Positions 58,098 through 64,000 of a DNA stretch of 64,000 bases are shown one piece after another (positions within the stretch are counted from its first letter, which is position 1; each line of letters begins with the position of its first letter). Made by a program: the position numbers and the translations under genes. The stretch is from Candidatus Obscuribacterales bacterium (lineage in GTDB: Bacteria > Cyanobacteriota > Vampirovibrionia > Obscuribacterales > Obscuribacteraceae). The stretch is from the NCBI GenBank assembly GCA_965228855.1, contig CBDDIJ010000005.1:320001-384000 (forward strand), read 5' to 3'. Under the pieces are notes generated by a model that did not search any database, was not told the DNA's origin, and saw only the letters and a list, made by a program, of their open reading frames with translations.

Positions 58098-60120
58098 TTC
58101 CGCCGGTGAGATCTCCTCGGTGCTTCAGAATATATCCAGGATTCAAGCTCTTTGGAATAAAACCGTGGCGAGCCACTATTTCAAGACTATCGCGAGTGGG
58201 CGCCGGAAGCGCGTCGAAATCGACGTTCTTAATCATTAGCCAGTGCGTTCCGGGACTTGAGAGAAAGGCTGACAGTTCCTCAGGGTTACTGAGTTTCACC
58301 GGCTCGCGCTCGGTTCTAAAAGTCACTTCGTCAATCCAGTGTTCGACGCCGGTATACATGCCGATCGTGAGACTATGAGCATCAGTGACAGGCTGACTTG
58401 CACCGGCAGCGCCCGCGAGGTTTCGGGTCGGATCGGCAAGACCGCGTTTTTGCTCCACAAGTTTCTTCAACTCGGCAGTCCTATCTGCCCCGGTATCCGT
58501 ACGCCTGATAGTTTCCGCGTACTGGAGCGCCGGCGACATGCGAATTAAAACGGGCATGGCGAAGACGGCAAACACGGAGCCTGTCAAAATGATGCCACTG
58601 AATATAGTGGCAAAGGACGCGAACTGTTTAGCTTTAAAAACTTGAGATAGACCAAACAAACCGATTACAACCGGAAGAGCACCCACGGCAACCGGCGGAA
58701 TTGCCGGCGCATAGGGCATCTCGTTGAGAAGCGCCGTGATTCCGAAGCCTACGACAATCAAGGCGACGTTTAACGCAAAAGCAGCCGCGCTCGTCAATCT
58801 ATTATTCTCACAGATCCACTTGTCGAGGAAATAGCCGGTCAACATCGCACAGGCGGGAAAAGCAGGCAGCGCGTAATAGTCGATTTTGCCTCGCGACACC
58901 GAAAAGAATCCGATGGAGACGGCAATCCAGAGCCACAGGTAGACATGCAGCGAGTTGACTCGTTTCTGCTCGTCATCGGAAACGGCAATCGGCGCATCGC
59001 CTTTCTCTCCGTTGAAGCGAACATTCGCTATCTTTTCGGCTTGCTGCATCGACGGGCGCTTTCTTGAAGAAATCAAATTCTTCACGCAAACCCAGAGAAT
59101 TGGTGGCAGGAAGATAGACCAGGGCAAGAACCCACCTAACAGCGAAACGACCATAAACCAGATCGGTCGGTGCGTGTCGTAAGTGGACCCGGCGAAACGC
59201 TGGACGTTTTCCTTTATAAAGAAGTAGGTGATCGCATCGATGCCGTTTGCCTGATAGGCGAGGTAAAACCACGGCGCAGCGATAACGCAGAGCGCCATCG
59301 CGCCGAAGAGCACGTGTTTAAACTTGACCAGTTTCAGCTGTTTCTCCACGAATAGAAAGGCGAGGAAGAACACAGCTGGAAGTACAACGGCAACAGGCCC
59401 CTTGGTCAGGAAACCGAAACCCATCGACGCTGCGGCCAAAAACCAGAGGATCGTGCGGGTCGGTTTACCGGCAGGGAGTGCGCTAAAGGGCTGCGACTCG
59501 CTTTTCTCGCCGCCAAGAAAACCTGCATATAAAAGGATGAGGGTTACAGTGTCGACAAGGACAAGCATCGAGTCGGACATGCAGAGCGCGCTGAAAGAGA
59601 GATACATGAAGGACGTACCCAGAGCCATGGCGGCTATAAGGGCCGCACGTGGTCCAAAGATGGCGCGGCATGCGTATCCCGTTACCAGCAAGGTCGAAAC
59701 TGAGGCGATTATCGATGGTATACGGGCGGCAAAGTGAGACGTGCCGAAGCTGTTGAAGCATCCGATGATGAACCAGTAGACGAGAATCGGCTTATCGAAA
59801 AACGCCTGCCCGTGGTAAAGCGGGGTGACGAGGTTTGAGGTGGCAATCATTTCGCGGGCACACTCGGCGAAAAACACCTCGGCGCGGCTGAACTTGGGCC
59901 AGAAAGCGGACAGCAGGGCGTAGAGAACTGCGCACATTACCGCGATGAAGGCGAGCGATAGCGAAAACTTGCCGCCGCCGACCGAGCCTTGCTTGGCAAT
60001 ACCTTCGCGGCTTTCGCTTCTGCTGGACGGCGCCTCGACGGACAACCCGTCTGCACAGGTGAAGGTGGAAACGTCTTCGCTGGGAACTTCTCTACTGATT
60101 ACTTTCATCGACCCCGTCAC
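58069..60120 (-). CDS. ArnT/GT39-like (GT-C) glycosyltransferase
   Basis: Motifs FAECAREM, FFDKPILVYW, LTKGPVA and YALPAFP. Confidence 0.88.
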   Translation of the reverse strand: MTGSMKVISREVPSEDVSTFTCADGLSVEAPSSRSESREGIAKQGSVGGGKFSLSLAFIAVMCAVLYALLSAFWPKFSRAEVFFAECAREMIATSNLVTPLYHGQAFFDKPILVYWFIIGCFNSFGTSHFAARIPSIIASVSTLLVTGYACRAIFGPRAALIAAMALGTSFMYLSFSALCMSDSMLVLVDTVTLILLYAGFLGGEKSESQPFSALPAGKPTRTILWFLAAASMGFGFLTKGPVAVVLPAVFFLAFLFVEKQLKLVKFKHVLFGAMALCVIAAPWFYLAYQANGIDAITYFFIKENVQRFAGSTYDTHRPIWFMVVSLLGGFLPWSIFLPPILWVCVKNLISSRKRPSMQQAEKIANVRFNGEKGDAPIAVSDDEQKRVNSLHVYLWLWIAVSIGFFSVSRGKIDYYALPAFPACAMLTGYFLDKWICENNRLTSAAAFALNVALIVVGFGITALLNEMPYAPAIPPVAVGALPVVIGLFGLSQVFKAKQFASFATIFSGIILTGSVFAVFAMPVLIRMSPALQYAETIRRTDTGADRTAELKKLVEQKRGLADPTRNLAGAAGASQPVTDAHSLTIGMYTGVEHWIDEVTFRTEREPVKLSNPEELSAFLSSPGTHWLMIKNVDFDALPAPTRDSLEIVARHGFIPKSLNPGYILKHRGDLTGGNELILARRN

Positions 60121-60363
60121 GAAATGCTCGTGAGCCCAAAATAGGGATATTTCCGAGATTATGACATCTAAGCCTGTCCAAAACGTGAGCGTTATTTATA
60201 GCAGCACATTTGCAGTTTTTCACGGGGGATATTTTGGGGTAGTTGGCATGGTGAAATTACTAACCTAGTCGGGAATTCCCCCAATCGACTATCCCCTGCC
60301 ATCAAGCTACGATTCTACCTGTCAAGCGCAGTTCGTTTCTTTTACAGTCGCGGGGAAACCAAA

Positions 60364-61956
60364 ATGGTTCAACCACATATCGAGTCAACCGCATTCGGCG
60401 GTGGTAACAACGCTCCGGACTTGTCGAACAGCGATCTCTTGAAAAAAGGCACGAATCGAAAATCGACCTCCCACTTTGATGGTGTCCTGAGTAAGGACTT
60501 CGCCAAAGGGGGAAGCGCGAAAGAGGCACTCAGTAAATTCCACGCCTCATCTCTGAGAATCACGGCTACTCAAAATTGCGACGCACACTTACACCCTCGT
60601 TCGGAACTTTCAGTCAACATGATAGAAGCAGTACAAAGTTTTAAATCAGTTCACCTCTCTGAAGCTCGCAGTGAAATGCGCGAACCCCTGCATGGTGGTC
60701 GCCGTTCCAGCGCTGAATCGACCGGCTCGCGCTCGTCCGGGAAAATCGACGCATCACCGAATATGGTGCCAGGCGTAGAACCAATTGTTCGAATCGTTGA
60801 GAACGGAGAATCGAAAAACTCGGCGATGGTCCTCAGCACCGTTGCGCCGGCGACGAAATCCGACGTTCTCTCGTTACGCATGGAACGGGCGTTCGCGGAC
60901 GCCCAGCGACACGCAATGGCGTTTGAGCACCAGCGCATCCAGCGCCAGCTGGAACGAGAAATAACAGATATCGAATGCGGGCGAAAGAGATTCAATTCGC
61001 AGTCACAGAAAGAATTGATTTTAGATCAGTTGAAGCTGAAGAAATCGGCAGTCGACGCAAGCCTGAAAGATAGCGGTCCTCCGCGATACGCTCAAACATT
61101 GAAAAAATTGCATGATGTGACGACTGCGATCGAAACAGTCTGCAAAAATCAACTACATTCTATGACCGGGCTAGTTGCCAGACTCGAAGAAGTGATGGCA
61201 CCGATCGATAATATCTGGAGCGGAATTCCAGGAAAAACGCCGGACCTGGCGCGGCCTGGAACTGCAGGACCCAACGGCGAAGCGATATCGTCTGATGCCA
61301 GACTGACCGAGATACAAAAACACCTTGAGGCGAAGATTAACACCGTCGATGGTGCCCAACTCCAGCGTATAAGTGTTGTTAAGGACAACATTGCCTTCAA
61401 AGAAATCATTAAACTCCACGACGCAGGCGAACTGCCGAAAGATGGCTCTCTTATATTCTTCACGAATGACGGATTGCTTCTTTATCAATCGGAATTGAAA
61501 GTATCGCAACGCTCAACGCAGTCGCGCGCCAAAGATGCTGCATCAGCCGAGCGACATGCAAATAACACACCGGCCTTTATCGATGTAATCAGACTCAGCA
61601 ATGGTCTTGGACCTGAGGGAGCCGGTCTCTGGAGATTCATCGGGCAAGAGACACGTATAATCGGTGCGGCTGTTTTGCGACCGGTCATGAAGGACGGAAA
61701 AGCCGTCGAGTTGCCGGGCGCTCGTAACGGACGCGGTGAGCCCATGGTCAAAAAGGAAGTAGCCCTCACTGTAGGAACAATTCCGCCGGAGGTTTCGTTG
61801 AACATGGCATACGGTCATCTTTTAAACACACTACGCGCCAAGAAATCTGCGATGGAAAAAAGCAACTCAGGCAAGCAAGAATCTTTCGCACCGGATGCGG
61901 TGCCTGGCAGCGCAATGCATATGCAGGCTCAAAGCACGGACTGCGCGGCATCATAA
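60364..61956 (+). CDS. Hypothetical protein
   Basis: 530-aa ORF; no motif recognised. Confidence 0.6.
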   Translation: MVQPHIESTAFGGGNNAPDLSNSDLLKKGTNRKSTSHFDGVLSKDFAKGGSAKEALSKFHASSLRITATQNCDAHLHPRSELSVNMIEAVQSFKSVHLSEARSEMREPLHGGRRSSAESTGSRSSGKIDASPNMVPGVEPIVRIVENGESKNSAMVLSTVAPATKSDVLSLRMERAFADAQRHAMAFEHQRIQRQLEREITDIECGRKRFNSQSQKELILDQLKLKKSAVDASLKDSGPPRYAQTLKKLHDVTTAIETVCKNQLHSMTGLVARLEEVMAPIDNIWSGIPGKTPDLARPGTAGPNGEAISSDARLTEIQKHLEAKINTVDGAQLQRISVVKDNIAFKEIIKLHDAGELPKDGSLIFFTNDGLLLYQSELKVSQRSTQSRAKDAASAERHANNTPAFIDVIRLSNGLGPEGAGLWRFIGQETRIIGAAVLRPVMKDGKAVELPGARNGRGEPMVKKEVALTVGTIPPEVSLNMAYGHLLNTLRAKKSAMEKSNSGKQESFAPDAVPGSAMHMQAQSTDCAAS

Positions 61957-62130
61957 AAGAGTTTCAATTGTCAACCTGACGGAGGAGACATCGAAAAGTA
62001 ATAATAGGCTTCCGGCTGAAGAGCTGACCTGTGATGGGCAGACAAAAACTCTCTCCGGGACCCGAATACAGCCCAGACAGACTTAACTACTCTACAGGAT
62101 AGATAGAATCGGCAGAGTTGGGCATTTCTA

Positions 62131-62161
62131 AATAAGGAGGAGGAAACTCCTCCTTTTATTT
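62131..62161. terminator. Probable bidirectional terminator
   Basis: AAGGAGGAG-GAAA-CTCCTCCTT flanked by A/T runs, between convergent genes. Confidence 0.75.
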
Positions 62162-62188
62162 GCGAATTTATGCTGGAAGATAGTCGAG

Positions 62189-63289
62189 TTAGTTTGAACC
62201 TGGTGTCGCGCACGCTACAACTAGACGCGGCCTAGGCTCACCTTGTTGCCCGGCGACAGCAGCGGCTGTTTCGTCAAGCCCTTTTAGCGACTCAAACAAC
62301 GCCAGCGAATCTGACGAGATTAACGCCAGGTCGTCGGGAGTAATCGCCTGTTCGGCGTCACTGATCGATTGATTCGGCTGGCAATGGGTCTCAATCATCA
62401 GGCCGTCCGCACCACATGCAATGGCAGCCCTGGACATCGAGCGGATCAAACTTCTTTTGCCGGTTGCATGGCTGGGATCAACAATCACCGGCAATCCTGT
62501 CATAGACTTGAGTAGCGGAACCGCGCTCAAATCAAGCGTATTACGCGTGCGAGTCTCGAAAGTTCTAATCCCGCGCTCGCAAAGAACGACCTGATTATTA
62601 CCTGCCAACATGATGTACTCGACGGCGTGGACGAACTCATCTATAGTCGCCGAAAGTCCGCGTTTCAAAAACACGGGCTTGCCGGCTTTCCCAACTTCCT
62701 TCAGCAACTCGTAGTTGTACATATTGCGAGCACCGATCTGGAGCATATCGACATAATCTAATGCGATCTCGATTTGCTCTGCGGACATTACCTCGCTGAC
62801 TACCGGAAGTCCTGTGGCAATACTGGCTTCTCTCAGATAGCTGAGCGCGTCCTGCCCAAGACCTGGAAACTCATAAGGGCTGGTACGCGGTTTGAATGCA
62901 CCGCCTCGCAGCATCGTAGCTCCAGCCGACTTCACTTTCTGCGCGAGGTCCAAAAGCTGTTCGCGACCTTCGACGGAGCAGGGACCAGCCATAATCACAG
63001 GAGGAGCGCCACCACCGATGGTGAGACTGTTCTGCGTTGAGGTGAGATCAACCGTTCTCAACTCATCAGAAAGGGCCAGGGGAGATGTCGGCGCGGTTCT
63101 CATAACTCTCGCCACACCAGGAATTCTGGTGAACTTATGGGTCGGTACCGCCCGCACGTCACTGTGGACGAAAATCAAAACCTGTTTGGAGGACCGCACC
63201 AATTCCGCTTGCATGCCTAGTTGAACGAGCGCGTCGAGAATGTCAGCGCTTGCTTTTTCGTCGAGACGGTCTTCTAGTACGAGAAACAT
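62189..63289 (-). CDS. aroF: Second DAHP synthase (type I-beta) with an N-terminal ACT-like regulatory domain
   Basis: Motifs [23 protein letters not shown] and DPSHATG; ~70-aa N-terminal domain ending IPGVARV. Confidence 0.92.
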   Translation of the reverse strand: MFLVLEDRLDEKASADILDALVQLGMQAELVRSSKQVLIFVHSDVRAVPTHKFTRIPGVARVMRTAPTSPLALSDELRTVDLTSTQNSLTIGGGAPPVIMAGPCSVEGREQLLDLAQKVKSAGATMLRGGAFKPRTSPYEFPGLGQDALSYLREASIATGLPVVSEVMSAEQIEIALDYVDMLQIGARNMYNYELLKEVGKAGKPVFLKRGLSATIDEFVHAVEYIMLAGNNQVVLCERGIRTFETRTRNTLDLSAVPLLKSMTGLPVIVDPSHATGKRSLIRSMSRAAIACGADGLMIETHCQPNQSISDAEQAITPDDLALISSDSLALFESLKGLDETAAAVAGQQGEPRPRLVVACATPGSN

Positions 63290-63582
63290 GGGTCTTCCTG
63301 TTTGGATCGGGCTTCAAGCTGCCCTACTGGCGTTGATCTTCCCATATTTTGTCAAGAACGGAGGTTAGAGGTAGCTCGTTCAGCCTTCATTAAACCAAGG
63401 TTTTCCGCACCTCGCCCAAGAACACTGATTGGTGCTTAATTTGCCAGCTGCAGTTTCCAAGCTGCTCGGTAAACCTCTGTTAACTGATTGCTCCACAAAA
63501 TGAAGTTGGACTAAGCAAACCGAACGACTATGCGCAGGTGTTCAGACCCAATAGAATGTTGATGGCAGCTCACCTCAAATTC

Positions 63583-64000
63583 ATGAACGAATCGCTTTCA
63601 GCCGCTCCACTCATGCCAGTCACACGCAACCTCAAACTGGGGTGCGGCTTTCTGCCTCGCCTGCGCAACCCCCGATGGTGGAGGCTCTGCGCTCAAAGTG
63701 TAATGGAGCTTCAGAAGTACCTCTGTAAGCCGGCAGTAGCGCTCGGTTTTGCCTTCACGACACCCTACGTGGCGTACGATCTCGCCGTAACCATCATTCA
63801 TTCGCACAAAGATGCCTACAGCGGGCTGGCGGATGTATTGCAAACGATCGCCCTTCCCATCATCGGCTACCTCGTTCTAGGTCTACTTTCGCTGGCCGCG
63901 ATGGTCTGGGGGCTCGGCGCTTGCGTTGTAGGCACAACCGCCCTTTGCAAAACTATCCTGACTATAGAACCTGAGGCGATTCCCGGCGACATCACCCTAC
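63583..64000 (+). CDS. Hypothetical membrane protein (runs off the window end)
   Basis: Open frame MNESLSAAPL.. with hydrophobic segments, open to the end of the window. Confidence 0.5.
   Translation, partial: MNESLSAAPLMPVTRNLKLGCGFLPRLRNPRWWRLCAQSVMELQKYLCKPAVALGFAFTTPYVAYDLAVTIIHSHKDAYSGLADVLQTIALPIIGYLVLGLLSLAAMVWGLGACVVGTTALCKTILTIEPEAIPGDITL

Noticed and set aside
63290..63555. Attenuator upstream of the second DAHP synthase
   Set aside because: No aromatic-rich leader ORF or terminator was found on the minus strand.

Overview
A 64 kb bacterial chromosomal window, mostly housekeeping genes. The gene style suggests a non-photosynthetic cyanobacterial relative (Melainabacteria/Vampirovibrionia, Obscuribacterales-like); this is an inference, not a database result. 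It contains aromatic amino-acid genes (aroC, aroB, pheA, two DAHP synthases), msrB, an ECF sigma/anti-sigma/Spy-like module, polyamine genes (PuuB-like oxidase, patA, speD), cydAB, an uninterrupted dnaE, an accessory stretch at about 25.6-36.6 kb (DinB/GNAT/HxlR, Rpn nuclease, YfbM-like, hypotheticals), ruvA, tRNA-Pro(CGG), a hydantoinase plus permease, two Ser/Thr kinases, a TonB/TolA-like protein, a hom-thrC-thrB-lysC operon and an ArnT-like glycosyltransferase. The most striking element is unannotated: a TANDEM pair of ribosome-dependent attenuators upstream of the DAHP synthase-chorismate mutase fusion (7500-7845, minus strand). Each unit has a Phe/Trp-rich leader peptide, an antiterminator and an intrinsic terminator. 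Also notable: an internal start in the Rpn gene (candidate RpnS antitoxin), an internal start in lysC (beta subunit), a membrane-anchored Hsp70-like substrate-binding domain, a selenoprotein-N-like protein, twin HxlR operators, small unannotated membrane peptides and several candidate structured RNAs. No CRISPR array, rRNA, integrase or intact IS was seen.
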